NCBI GenBank assembly: GCA_965203485.1
Contig: OZ241892.1
Location: 1,824,001-1,888,000, forward strand
Length of the DNA: 64,000 bases
Reading direction: 5' to 3'
Origin: Longimicrobiales bacterium
GTDB taxonomy: Bacteria; Gemmatimonadota; Gemmatimonadetes; Longimicrobiales; Gaopeijiaceae
Under the pieces are notes generated by a model. The model was given only the letters and a program-made list of their open reading frames with translations, made no database searches and was not told the DNA's origin. The first letter of the stretch is position 1. Each line of letters starts with the position of its first letter. A program made the position numbers and the translations under genes. Shown here in pieces: positions 9,849 to 19,426 of this stretch.

Positions 9849-10589
9849 CTAAAGAGCCATCTTAAGCGACAGTGCAAGGCCGGCTTGCCCGTGCCCCCAG
9901 GGAACAGAAAGGCCACCGTTGTCAAAGCAAGCGGTACAAAGAAGGCCGTTGTTCTGGGGCTTCAGGGTCACCACGTAAATGCTCCGGCTGTCTGAAGATA
10001 TGACCAAATGGCCGTCTGGGGTAGCACAAATTGCAACTTCGGGCGGCAGGTACATATCCTTTCTCTTCCGCAACGGCTTGGCGACATACGGGCCGAAATG
10101 ACTCGGTGCGGGATCAATAGACCACGCGATGACACTACAGCCACCGGGTGGTACCGTAGATTCATTCGATAAGACGTGGTAACTCGAACTGAATGCGAGT
10201 TCGGCGCACCAGTACTGTCTTTGGAGCTCGTGCAACCTAGCTCGTCCGCGATCGGTGAGAGTGTAGCGGGCAGGGATTGCGATCGTTCCATCGGATTTCG
10301 TATATCTCTGGTGGAAAGCCAACAAACCATTGTCCTTCCACAACTCCGCAATCTCTCGGCTAGCAAGCTTGCGTCCAAGGACGTGATCCTCCAGCATAAA
10401 GAGTTCCGTCCGTGATTTATCCGGGAGATCAGTCTCGCGTGCCGACGTTGCTACTACCTGGGGATTCTCCACCGGTCTTCTCCGCTGAAGGGGTCCGTCT
10501 GTATCGATCGAGAGGAGAGCTGCCGGACACCACCGACCGAGCCATCTCGCTACCCTAGCAAGATACAACGAGTTGGAAGGGGTGTCCAT
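9849..10589 (-). CDS. Orphan hypothetical protein with a possible winged-helix wing motif
   Basis: 246-codon ORF in visibly AT-richer DNA, same strand as mod/res; YTLTDRGRARLHEL resembles a PadR/MarR-type wing. Confidence 0.55.
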   Translation of the reverse strand: MDTPSNSLYLARVARWLGRWCPAALLSIDTDGPLQRRRPVENPQVVATSARETDLPDKSRTELFMLEDHVLGRKLASREIAELWKDNGLLAFHQRYTKSDGTIAIPARYTLTDRGRARLHELQRQYWCAELAFSSSYHVLSNESTVPPGGCSVIAWSIDPAPSHFGPYVAKPLRKRKDMYLPPEVAICATPDGHLVISSDSRSIYVVTLKPQNNGLLCTACFDNGGLSVPWGHGQAGLALSLKMAL

Positions 10590-10691
10590 GAGGGGAGCAC
10601 GCCGAAGCGACGATCCGGCGCATGAATCGAAGCGACCGTCGCATGGGGTCAGTGCGGTCGCGGTCCTGGCGGATCCGGCGACAGCGACGTC

Positions 10692-10907
10692 CTAGACACC
10701 AGAAAGGGGCGTTGGCGTGAGCTTGGCACACGCAGGCTCCGGTAAGATCTCACGATGGCGCTCCTCGCGGGGCGACTGGTGGTCCGTGTATTCGAGATGG
10801 ACCAGGTGGAGCCGCCCGGCTACGCCGTCGTAGGGCTCCACGGCGGCCACGACGCCGCGGCGGTTGCGGACGGTGGCCAGCATTCCGGGGCGCGGGACGG
10901 CGGTCAC
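10692..10907 (-). pseudogene. 5' remnant of a DISARM DrmD-like SNF2 helicase
   Basis: GTG overlaps upstream stop (GTGA); VTAVPRPGMLATVRNRRGVVAAVEPYDGVAGRLHLVHLEYTDHQSPREER resembles DrmD-type N-termini as I recall them; similarity ends near 10757 where composition changes; stop at 10692. Confidence 0.6.
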
Positions 10908-12484
10908 ATTCCCCAGACCGCGATCTCGGCGCCGCTCTCGGCGGTGCGGCTGTCTCGGAAGGTCTTGTCGTCCCAGCTGCGCTCCTCGCTGCGGTCGAAG
11001 ACGACCAAGTGCCCGGCTTCGGCCTCGCAGCGATCCATGTAGGCCGCAGTCTGCTCCACGCCTTCGGCCACCACGCGCTCCAGGCCGCCGCCCGCTTGGC
11101 GCACCTTGCACTCGACCACGTACTTGCGCACCGCCTCGCCCTCGGGCCACTCGATCAGCAGCTCCGCGCGGCGCCGGCCCATGCCGTGTTCGCGCTGGAC
11201 CCGGCCGCCGCTGTTCACCACGCGCTGCAAGAACGCCTGCAGCAGAAGGTGCGGGCCCGCCTCCTTGTAGTCGAACCGCTCCACCCAGCTCTCGGCGTTC
11301 TCGCGGAAGAACTCCTGAAAGCGGGCAAGGAGCTTCTCCAGCCGCAACGCGCCGGCGGCGTCCACGTACCACGCCGGGTCGTCCTGAATCTTGAGCTGGG
11401 CCGCCCGCGTCAGTTGGCGGGGCACGACCTCCGCGTAGATCGGATTCGCGATGCGCAACGGCTCGTCCTGGGCGATCAGTCCCAGGTCTCGGACGTACTC
11501 GATGTCGTCGACAGTGGACTCCAGGCCGTCCCCGCCGACCAGAAGGGGCTCGATCACGCGCCGAACGCGGTCCTCCTCGAGCTTGTCGGCGAGCTGGTCG
11601 AGGTGCGTGTCGCGGCGCAGGATCAGCGCCTCCTCCGCGTCCAGAACGTCGGCGGCGGTCACCGGGCGCGACCGGTCCGCCTCCGACGGGCAGCGGAAGC
11701 AGGCTTCGTAGGCCAGGGCGTTCACCAGCCAGGGCTGGCCCCGGGTTTGCGTCCAAACGGCGTCCAGCGCGGCGGCGGCGAACGCTTGGCCGGTCTCGTC
11801 GGTGTGCTGTCCGAGCAAGGCGAGCGTCTCGTCCCGCGAGAAGTCGCCCAAGCGCACGGACTCGGCCTTGATGTTGAAGGCGCTGCCGCCCGCGACCATG
11901 GTGCCGGCCGAGCGGGACGAGATGCGGTAGTCTCGGATGTCCCGGACGCCGCACAGGATCACGCTTTGGGGGAAGCCGTCGGGGCGCATGTCGTAGCCCG
12001 CCCGAAGCTGCCTCAGCACTGCCAGCAACGAATCGCCCACCAGCGCGTCGATCTCGTCGATCAACAGCACGATCGGCCGCTCGCCGGCTTGAGCCCATTG
12101 GGTGAGAGCTGCGCCGAGCGCACCGTCGCCGAACTCGGCCGCAATGCGACACCACGCGCCCAGCAAGAGGTCGTCGCCGGTCGCTCGCCGAGACCGCAGC
12201 GCCAGCTGGCCCAAGACGACCCGAGTCGCCCGCTCCACGTCTTCCCGCATCGCCTGGGCGCCTTCCACGTTCACGTAGACGCACCTGTGGCGGCCTTCCG
12301 CGTTCAACAAGTCCTGAAGGGCCAGGAGGGCCGACGTCTTCCCTGTCTGGCGCGGCGCATGGAGCACGAAGTAGCGCTTGCGGTCGATCAGTCGCCGGAC
12401 GTCGGCAAGGTCCACGCGAGCGAGCGGCGGGACACGGTAGTGGTCGGCCGCCACCACCGGGCCGGACGTGTTGAAGAAGCGCAT
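10904..12484 (-). CDS. AAA-like ATPase with C-terminal PD-(D/E)xK-like nuclease domain, 526 aa
   Basis: MRFFNTSGPV start; LHAPRQTGKTS (Walker A), LLIDEID (Walker B), TRGQPWLVNAL; C-terminal REHGMGRRRAELLI..VVECK. Confidence 0.85.
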   Translation of the reverse strand: MRFFNTSGPVVAADHYRVPPLARVDLADVRRLIDRKRYFVLHAPRQTGKTSALLALQDLLNAEGRHRCVYVNVEGAQAMREDVERATRVVLGQLALRSRRATGDDLLLGAWCRIAAEFGDGALGAALTQWAQAGERPIVLLIDEIDALVGDSLLAVLRQLRAGYDMRPDGFPQSVILCGVRDIRDYRISSRSAGTMVAGGSAFNIKAESVRLGDFSRDETLALLGQHTDETGQAFAAAALDAVWTQTRGQPWLVNALAYEACFRCPSEADRSRPVTAADVLDAEEALILRRDTHLDQLADKLEEDRVRRVIEPLLVGGDGLESTVDDIEYVRDLGLIAQDEPLRIANPIYAEVVPRQLTRAAQLKIQDDPAWYVDAAGALRLEKLLARFQEFFRENAESWVERFDYKEAGPHLLLQAFLQRVVNSGGRVQREHGMGRRRAELLIEWPEGEAVRKYVVECKVRQAGGGLERVVAEGVEQTAAYMDRCEAEAGHLVVFDRSEERSWDDKTFRDSRTAESGAEIAVWGM

Positions 12485-12656
12485 CACCGTGTCTCCGCGA
12501 CTGTTGGGCGGACCGTCGGCTCTCGGCATCTCCCCCGCCCCCTTTTGCTTGCCGAGGGTTGCGTGGGCGTTCCGGCATCCGCGAATCCTGCGGGCCGCGC
12601 CCGCCCCGAGTCAAGCGCGCTTCCCCGGCGTCGGCCGGCGGCGGACGGGCAGCGCG

Positions 12657-14417
12657 TCAGACCTCCAAGCCCAGCGTGTCGATCTTGCGGTAGAGGGTGC
12701 GCTCGCCGATTCCCAGGGACTCGGCCGCGATGCGGCGGTTGCCGGACGCGGATTCCAAGGCCGCGGCGATCGTGGCGCGCTCGGCCTCCTCCAGCGTCAT
12801 TCCGGCGCGGTACACAACGGGGTCTAGGGGCGGCTCTGGAACGGCCGGGCCGGGCTGGCCGGACGCGGCAAGGACGGGGGCCTCGGCATCGTCGGCGGTT
12901 TCCGGCCCAGGACGGGCGACCGGAGACGAAGCGGGCGCCGTGGCGGCGGGCGCGGCGGCAACGATGTCCGCGGGCTTGGGACGGGCGGCCGGACGCGAGG
13001 CGGGCGCGGCTGTGGCAGGGGGCTCGGCGGCGGCGGCTTCGGTCGCGGAATCGGCGTCCCCGGCGGCGCGGTCGTACACGATCTCGCCGTCCTCGCGTGC
13101 GCCGGCGCCGTCCAGTTGGGGCGCGGGCGGGGTTCGCGCAACGAGGATGCCTCCTTCGGCGCGGGCTTCGGAGCGGCGGAACGCCTCGAACTCGGCGCGC
13201 AGGTCCTCGATGTCCACCTTCATCTGCATCATGGAGCGGAAGACGAACTCGAGCTGCGGACGGAGCACGCCGGTCTTGTCGAAGGAGGCGGCGCCCGTGG
13301 CGGGCGCCAGCGCGGTCGAGGGCTCGCGTTCCGCGAAGTCGGACGGGATGTCTTCGGCGCGGATCTCCCTGCCGGGCGCCAGCACGACCATGCTCTCGAT
13401 CAAGTTGCGGAGCTCGCGGACGTTGCCGGGCCAGCGGTGGCGGACGAGGATGTCCATCGCTGCCGCCGAGATGCCGGCGAAAGGGCCGCGGTCGTGCCTC
13501 TTGCTCGCGTCGCGCACGAAGGCGTCGACCAGAAGGGGGATGTCCTCGCGGCGCCGGCGCAGCGGCGGGAGCGGGATGTGCAGGACGTTGAGGCGGTAGT
13601 AGAGATCCCTGCGGAACGTGCCCTGGGCGACCATGTCGCGCAGGCGCTGATTCGTGGCCGCGACGATGCGCACGTCGACGTGCACGACCTTCTGGCCGCC
13701 GACCCGCAGGAACTCCCGCTGCTCCAGCACGCGCAGCAGCTTGGTCTGCGTCTGGAGGGGCATCTCGCCGATTTCGTCCAGGAAGATGGTGCCGCCGGAA
13801 GCCAGCTCGAACAGGCCGCGGCGCGAATCGATCGCGCCCGTGAAGGCGCCCTTCTCGTGCCCGAACAACTCGCTCTCGAGCAGCGTCTCGGTCAAGGCGG
13901 CGACGTTGACGGCCACGAACGCCTTGCGGCGGCGCTTGGACAGCGCGTGGAGACCGCGTGCCACGAGTTCCTTGCCGGTGCCGGACTCGCCGGTCACGAG
14001 CACGGTGACGTCCACGGGAGCGATCTGGACGACGCGCTCGAGCACTTCGATCATCGGGTCCGTCTCGCCGATGATGCCGGTGGCTTCCCGCAACTTGCCG
14101 CGGTCCACTGCCCGACACCCCATGAGCACGATCTCGTCGGCGTCGGCCGGCGCCGGGAACGCGGCGGCCAGCCCGGGAGCCGGAGCGGCGCCGACGGCGA
14201 ACACCGGCACGCCGTTCTTGCGGCCCGCTTCGGCGAGCGCGGGGGCCCCCTTCGCCTCGGCGCCTCCGGTCAGGACCAGGAGCGCCGCGTCGGCGACGGC
14301 GTCGGGGTCGTCGTAGGCGGTGACCAGCTCCACGCGATGCCCGGCCGCCTCGAAGCCGGTCCGCAACTCGCCCGCCAGCGGCAGGTCGTCAGTCGTGACG
14401 ACGACGGTCTCCGCCAT
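12657..14417 (-). CDS. Sigma-54-dependent transcriptional activator (NtrC/Fis family) with degenerate receiver domain
   Basis: GESGTGKE, ESELFGHEKGAFTGA, FLDEIGE, WPGNVREL, C-terminal HTH (GNRRIAAESLGIGERTLYRK). Confidence 0.95.
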   Translation of the reverse strand: MAETVVVTTDDLPLAGELRTGFEAAGHRVELVTAYDDPDAVADAALLVLTGGAEAKGAPALAEAGRKNGVPVFAVGAAPAPGLAAAFPAPADADEIVLMGCRAVDRGKLREATGIIGETDPMIEVLERVVQIAPVDVTVLVTGESGTGKELVARGLHALSKRRRKAFVAVNVAALTETLLESELFGHEKGAFTGAIDSRRGLFELASGGTIFLDEIGEMPLQTQTKLLRVLEQREFLRVGGQKVVHVDVRIVAATNQRLRDMVAQGTFRRDLYYRLNVLHIPLPPLRRRREDIPLLVDAFVRDASKRHDRGPFAGISAAAMDILVRHRWPGNVRELRNLIESMVVLAPGREIRAEDIPSDFAEREPSTALAPATGAASFDKTGVLRPQLEFVFRSMMQMKVDIEDLRAEFEAFRRSEARAEGGILVARTPPAPQLDGAGAREDGEIVYDRAAGDADSATEAAAAEPPATAAPASRPAARPKPADIVAAAPAATAPASSPVARPGPETADDAEAPVLAASGQPGPAVPEPPLDPVVYRAGMTLEEAERATIAAALESASGNRRIAAESLGIGERTLYRKIDTLGLEV

Positions 14418-14432
14418 GGCGTCCGGGCCCCT

Positions 14433-15542
14433 TCAGCGGCGGATGGAGCCTTCGGTGTAGAAGGGCGGCCGCTGCGTGAGGCCGGGCACGACCTTGTCGC
14501 GTATGCGAATGCCGACCTCCGTGCCGGGCTTGGCGGCCGCCTCGGGCAACCGCGCAAGGGCGATTCCGGCGCCCAGGGACGGGCTGGCGACGCCGGAAGT
14601 GACGACCCCGGCATCCTCGCCGCGATGGACCACGGGATATCCGGGCCGGGGAAAGCCCCGTTCGGTCAGCCGGATGCCCGTCAGCCGGCGCGCGACGCCT
14701 CGCTCCTTCTGCTCCGCCAGCGCCGCTCGTCCCACGAAGTCGCCCGCGTCCAGCTTGACGATCCATCCCAGCGCGGATTCCAGGGCCGTGTGCCGCTCGT
14801 CCAGGTCGTTCCCGTACAATGCGTACCCCATCTCCAGCCGCAGCGAGTCCCGCGCCCCGAGGCCCGCCGGGACGGCGCGCGCCTCCCCGCTCTCGGTAAC
14901 CGCCCGCCAGACCGCCTCGGCCCCCGACGCGGGAACGTAGAGCTCGAACCCGTCTTCGCCCGTGTAGCCGGTGCGGCTGATCACGGCTTCCACGCCGGCC
15001 ACCGTTCCTTCGGCGAACCTGTAGTAGCCGATTCCGTCGAGGCACGGCTCCGCCAGCGGCTCCAGGACCTGCCGGCAAGCCGGACCCTGCACGGCCACAA
15101 GCGCCGTGGCGTCCGAGTCGTCGGCCAAGTCCACCTCGTAACCGGCGGCGTGACCGGCGATCCACTGCCAGTCCTTGGCGCGGTTCGCGGCGTTGACGAC
15201 CAGCATGAAGCGGTCGTCGAAGCGATAAACGAGCAGGTCGTCGAGCACGCGGCCGTCTTCGTCGCACAGGGCGGAGTACTGCGCTTGGCCCGGCGTCGCG
15301 CGCGTCGCGTCGTTGACCGTCAAGTACTGGACGAGCGCCTCGGCCTGGGGACCTCCGACGGTGAACTCGCCCATGTGCGACACGTCGAAGACGACGCACG
15401 ACTCGCGGGCCGCCACGTGTTCCGCCCGGATTCCCGAGGGGTAGTGGATGGGCATCTCGTAGCCGGCGAACGCGACCATGCGGGCGCCCAGGGCGAGGTG
15501 GACGTCGTGGAGCGGCGTGCGGAGGCTGGGCTTGGCGTCCAT
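14433..15542 (-). CDS. gcvT: Glycine cleavage system aminomethyltransferase T
   Basis: LRTPLHDVH, FDVSHMGE, RTGYTGEDGFE, GLGARDSLRLEMG. Confidence 0.97.
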   Translation of the reverse strand: MDAKPSLRTPLHDVHLALGARMVAFAGYEMPIHYPSGIRAEHVAARESCVVFDVSHMGEFTVGGPQAEALVQYLTVNDATRATPGQAQYSALCDEDGRVLDDLLVYRFDDRFMLVVNAANRAKDWQWIAGHAAGYEVDLADDSDATALVAVQGPACRQVLEPLAEPCLDGIGYYRFAEGTVAGVEAVISRTGYTGEDGFELYVPASGAEAVWRAVTESGEARAVPAGLGARDSLRLEMGYALYGNDLDERHTALESALGWIVKLDAGDFVGRAALAEQKERGVARRLTGIRLTERGFPRPGYPVVHRGEDAGVVTSGVASPSLGAGIALARLPEAAAKPGTEVGIRIRDKVVPGLTQRPPFYTEGSIRR

Positions 15543-15590
15543 TTGTCTTCTCCCGGTGCTCCGAGGGGAGCAGAGGCTCCCGCCGGCGGT

Positions 15591-16496
15591 TCAGCCGATG
15601 AGGTCGAGGAAGAGAGCCTGGGCGACGTGCAGACGGTTCTCCGCCTCGCGGAACACGCGCGAACGAGGGCCGTCGATGACCGCGGCAGCGACTTCCTCGC
15701 CCCGGTGGGCGGGCAGGCAATGCAGGAATATGGCGTCCGGGCGCGCCCGTGCCATGAGCGGTTCGTCCACCTGGAAGCCCGCGAACGCGGCGGCGCGGGC
15801 ATGTTGCTCTTCCTCCTGTCCCATCGACGCCCAGACGTCGGTCGCCACCACGTCGGCGCCCGTCACCGCGTCGGCCGGGCTGCGGACAAGCTCGGCGTCC
15901 GCCGCCGCCGCGGCTTGCAGAATCGCGGGATCGGGGTCGTATCCCTCGGGACAAGCCAGGCGCAACGAGAAGCCCAGCCGGCTCGATGCGTTGATCCACG
16001 AGTTGGCCATGTTGTTGCCGTCGCCGACCCAGGCCACGCGGCGCTCCTCGAGGCGCGGACCGAACTCTTCGCGAACGGTGAGGAGGTCGGCCATGACTTG
16101 GCACGGGTGCAGCAGGTCGGTGAGGCCGTTGACGACGGGCACGGCGGACGCGGCGGCGAAGTCGAGCAGGTCCTCGTGGGCGAAGGTGCGCAGCAGAACG
16201 GCATCCGCGTAGCGGCTCAGGACGCGCGCCGTGTCGGCGACGCTCTCGCCTCGGCTCATTTGAGAGTCGGCGCGGGCGATCATGAGGGCGTGGCCGCCAA
16301 GGCGCGTCATGGCGACTTCGGCGCTGGCGCGCGTCCGGGTCGAGGCCTTCTGGAAGATCATCGCCAGAGAGCGTCCCTCCAGCGGCCGGTTGCCAGGCGG
16401 GTCGGCCTTGACGCGCTGCGCGAGGTCGAGCAACCGAATCAAGTCGTCCGGATCGCGGCTCGCCAGGTCGAGGAAGTCGCGGGAAGAAGGCGCCAT
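15591..16496 (-). CDS. argF: Ornithine carbamoyltransferase
   Basis: STRTR, HPCQ, GDGNNMANS, DVWASMG, FLHCLP motifs. Confidence 0.97.
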   Translation of the reverse strand: MAPSSRDFLDLASRDPDDLIRLLDLAQRVKADPPGNRPLEGRSLAMIFQKASTRTRASAEVAMTRLGGHALMIARADSQMSRGESVADTARVLSRYADAVLLRTFAHEDLLDFAAASAVPVVNGLTDLLHPCQVMADLLTVREEFGPRLEERRVAWVGDGNNMANSWINASSRLGFSLRLACPEGYDPDPAILQAAAAADAELVRSPADAVTGADVVATDVWASMGQEEEQHARAAAFAGFQVDEPLMARARPDAIFLHCLPAHRGEEVAAAVIDGPRSRVFREAENRLHVAQALFLDLIG

Positions 16497-16503
16497 CTCC
16501 GCC

Positions 16504-18543
16504 CTAAAGGATGTAGCGGCTCAGGTCGGAGTCGGACACGACCGGTTGCAGGCGTGCTCTCACGAACGCGGCGTCCACCTCCCAGTCGGACGCTTCCTCG
16601 GGCAGGCCGAACATCATCTTCTCCATGACGGAGATGAGGACGGTCTGCAATCTGCGGGCGCCGATGTTCTCCATGCGCTCGTTGAGCTCGGCCGCAACCC
16701 GCGCGATCTCCTCCAAGCCGTCGTCCGTGAACGTGACCGTCGCGTCTTCGACCTGGATGAGCGCGGCGTACTGTCGGATCAGCGAGTTGTGCGGTTCCTT
16801 GAGAATCCGCACGAAGTCGGTCGCGTCGAGGCTTCTGAGCTCCACTCGGATGGGAAAGCGGCCCTGGATCTCGGGAATGAGGTCCGAGGGCTTGGAGACG
16901 TGGAACGCGCCCGCCGCGATGAAGAGGATGTGCTCGGTGGAGATGAGGCCGTACTTCGTCTGCACGTTGCAACCTTCGACGACCGGAAGCAGGTCGCGCT
17001 GAACCCCTTCCCTGCTTACGTCGGGCCCCGCCCCGCGCTGGGGCGCGGCGATCTTGTCGATTTCGTCGAGGAAGACGATGCCGCTCTCCTCTACCCTGTC
17101 CATGGCGTCGAAGATCACGTCCTGGGTGTCCACCAGCTGGTCCAGTTCGTCCGAGAACAGGAACCGCCTCGCCTCGGCGACGGTGACCGTGCGCTGCTTC
17201 GTCTGCTTGGGAAGCATGTCGCGCAACGTTTCGGTGAAATGGACGTCGACGTCCTCCATGCGGCCGCCCGGGTTGGTCATCGCGTCGAAGAGCGGCGAAG
17301 TATGCCGAGTTTCCATCTCCACCATGCGGTTCTCGAGTTCCCCCTTTCTGAGGAGGGCCCGAAGCTTCTCGCGGGTGCGCGCGAGGCGGTCGGTCATGGG
17401 CCGGTCGTCGGACTCCGGCTCGTCGGCGTCAGCGGGCGCCTCGGCGGCATTCGCCGACTGCTCGTCCCCGGCCCCCGCTTCACCGGGCGGCAGAGGAGAT
17501 TCGGACGACGCGCCGCTTCGCGGAGCTGCCGTATCCTCGCCGCCGCCGGTCCGCCGCGCCACGCCGTCCTTGCCCGCCAGAAACGCCGCCGCCGATTCCT
17601 CGTCCAGCGCCGCCGCGCCGCGCCGTTCCGCGTCGCCGTCGCCGCCGCCCGCCGCGCCGGGAGCTTCCTTGTCGCCGCCCTTGTCCGGCCGCTCCGGATC
17701 CGGATCGGCGCGGCGGCCGGCCCGCTTGCGGGGCTTCTCGGCAGAGTCGGGGAGGAGCAGGTCGAGCAGCCGCTCTTCCGCGCGCCTGCGCGCTTCGGGC
17801 GCCATCTCTTCTTCGCGCTCGTTGCGCACCATGTTGACCGCGGTGTCCGCCAAGTCCCGTATCATGGCCTCTGCGTCGCGGCCCACGTAGCCCACCTCCG
17901 TGAACTTCGACGCCTCCACCTTGACGAAGGGAGATCCCGACAACCGCGCCATCCGCCGGGCGATCTCGGTCTTCCCCACGCCGGTCGGCCCGATCATGAT
18001 GAGGTTGTTGGGGAAGATTTCTTCGCGAAGCTGCGTGTCCTTGACCTTCTGGCGCCGCCAGCGGTTGCGGAGGGCGACTGCAACAGCCTTCTTGGCCTCG
18101 GACTGGCCGACGATGTACTTGTCGAGTTCGGCTACGATCTCGGCCGGCGTCAGGTTGATCAGCCAGTCGAGGAGTTCGTCGGAGAATTCGTCGTCGTCAA
18201 TGCCGTCTTCGTCGTCGTCGCACTCCGCGCTGGTCTCGTCGCGAGCGGCGCCGTGCCCTTCGCCGTTGTCGTCGCCGACGGCGCCCGCGTCGTCCGCATC
18301 TTCGCCGTCGCCGGCCTCGGCGGCAGGGGCGGGCGCGCGGCCGGCGAGCCGGGGAAGCTCGGGAGAGGAAGCGATGCTGGGCCTGCGCGCTCGTCCTCGT
18401 CCGGGGGCGTGGGCGGAGGAGGACAGCTGGCCGGCGGACCACCCTTGTTCAGGCGCGTGGCCGGCGACGGGCCGAGGCTTGGCGGCACCGCCTGGCCGGG
18501 CATGGAGAGACGCGGGAGTTGCGGGCGCGTCGGTGGGACTCAT
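16504..18543 (-). CDS. hslU: ATP-dependent protease ATPase subunit HslU with long N-terminal extension and I-domain insertion
   Basis: ATG overlaps hslV stop (ATGA); [55 protein letters not shown], terminal SRYIL. Confidence 0.95.
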   Translation of the reverse strand: MSPTDAPATPASLHARPGGAAKPRPVAGHAPEQGWSAGQLSSSAHAPGRGRARRPSIASSPELPRLAGRAPAPAAEAGDGEDADDAGAVGDDNGEGHGAARDETSAECDDDEDGIDDDEFSDELLDWLINLTPAEIVAELDKYIVGQSEAKKAVAVALRNRWRRQKVKDTQLREEIFPNNLIMIGPTGVGKTEIARRMARLSGSPFVKVEASKFTEVGYVGRDAEAMIRDLADTAVNMVRNEREEEMAPEARRRAEERLLDLLLPDSAEKPRKRAGRRADPDPERPDKGGDKEAPGAAGGGDGDAERRGAAALDEESAAAFLAGKDGVARRTGGGEDTAAPRSGASSESPLPPGEAGAGDEQSANAAEAPADADEPESDDRPMTDRLARTREKLRALLRKGELENRMVEMETRHTSPLFDAMTNPGGRMEDVDVHFTETLRDMLPKQTKQRTVTVAEARRFLFSDELDQLVDTQDVIFDAMDRVEESGIVFLDEIDKIAAPQRGAGPDVSREGVQRDLLPVVEGCNVQTKYGLISTEHILFIAAGAFHVSKPSDLIPEIQGRFPIRVELRSLDATDFVRILKEPHNSLIRQYAALIQVEDATVTFTDDGLEEIARVAAELNERMENIGARRLQTVLISVMEKMMFGLPEEASDWEVDAAFVRARLQPVVSDSDLSRYIL

Positions 18544-19103
18544 GACGGTTTCAGTTCCTCGACCGTGATCTGGGAGTTGGTGTAGACGCAGATGTCGGCG
18601 GCGATCTCCAGCGCCCGGCGCGCGATGGTGGGAGCGTTCATGTTGGTGGATTCGTGCAACGCTCGCGCCGCGGCCAGCGCATAGCCGCCTCCCGATCCGA
18701 TGGCCAGTACCGGGACATCCGGCTCGATGACGTTGCCGTCGCCTCCGACCAGCAGCAACCGCTTGCGGTCGGCGACCGCCAACACAGCTTCGAGGCGGCG
18801 GAGGTAGCGGTCGGTCCGCCATTCCTTGGCCAGTTCCACGCAGGCCCGGGGAAGGTTCGAGGGCCAGCGGTCCAACATCGAATCCAGCTTGGCGAACAGC
18901 GTCACTGCGTCCGCCAACGCACCCGCGAAGCCTGCGAGTATCTGGCCGTTGCCCAAGCGCCGAACCTTCTGAGCGGCGGCCTTGACGACCATGTCGCCCA
19001 TCGTAACCTGGCCGTCTCCGGCCATGGCGACGCGTCCGCCCTTGGAAACCGCGATCACGGTGGTGGCCCGGACGTCGGAAGCAGGGCGAAAGGGAGACGT
19101 CAT
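18540..19103 (-). CDS. hslV: ATP-dependent protease peptidase subunit HslV
   Basis: ATTVIAV (catalytic Thr after short propeptide), [20 protein letters not shown]. Confidence 0.96.
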   Translation of the reverse strand: MTSPFRPASDVRATTVIAVSKGGRVAMAGDGQVTMGDMVVKAAAQKVRRLGNGQILAGFAGALADAVTLFAKLDSMLDRWPSNLPRACVELAKEWRTDRYLRRLEAVLAVADRKRLLLVGGDGNVIEPDVPVLAIGSGGGYALAAARALHESTNMNAPTIARRALEIAADICVYTNSQITVEELKPS

Positions 19104-19168
19104 GGAAGCGGCGCTGGAAGGAGACCGGACGGAACTGCACGCTCGAATCGGCGTCGGGAAGACGAACA

Positions 19169-19199
19169 AGTTTAACCCCGAAGCCGGGGCTGGTCTCAA
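19169..19199 (-). promoter_or_regulatory. Possible sigma70-like promoter for hslVU
   Basis: Minus strand TTGAGA-19 nt-TAAACT; spacer longer than ideal and contains a ccccg/cgggg inverted repeat. Confidence 0.3.
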
Positions 19200-19350
19200 G
19201 TCGTCATAAGCCGAATCGCTTCGGCACGGAGACGCCGGCGTCCGCGAATTGCCGTTCGGAGCGCCGGGGCGTCGTGAAGAGCTGGTTGGCCGGGCATCGA
19301 CGGATGCGGCGGCGCGGATATCAAAGTTGGGCGAATGCGAAGCGCGGCAG

Positions 19351-19388
19351 GCCTCCCCGACGCCGGGGACTGTTGCGGCGGGGAGGCT
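19351..19388. terminator. GC-rich stem-loop just downstream of the giant gene
   Basis: gcctccccg ... cggggaggc 9-bp inverted repeat ~40 nt after the stop; no U-tract on the minus strand. Confidence 0.3.
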
Positions 19389-19426
19389 TGGCGCGCTTTT
19401 TGGCCGGCGGAGCCGTGCCGGGGGGT

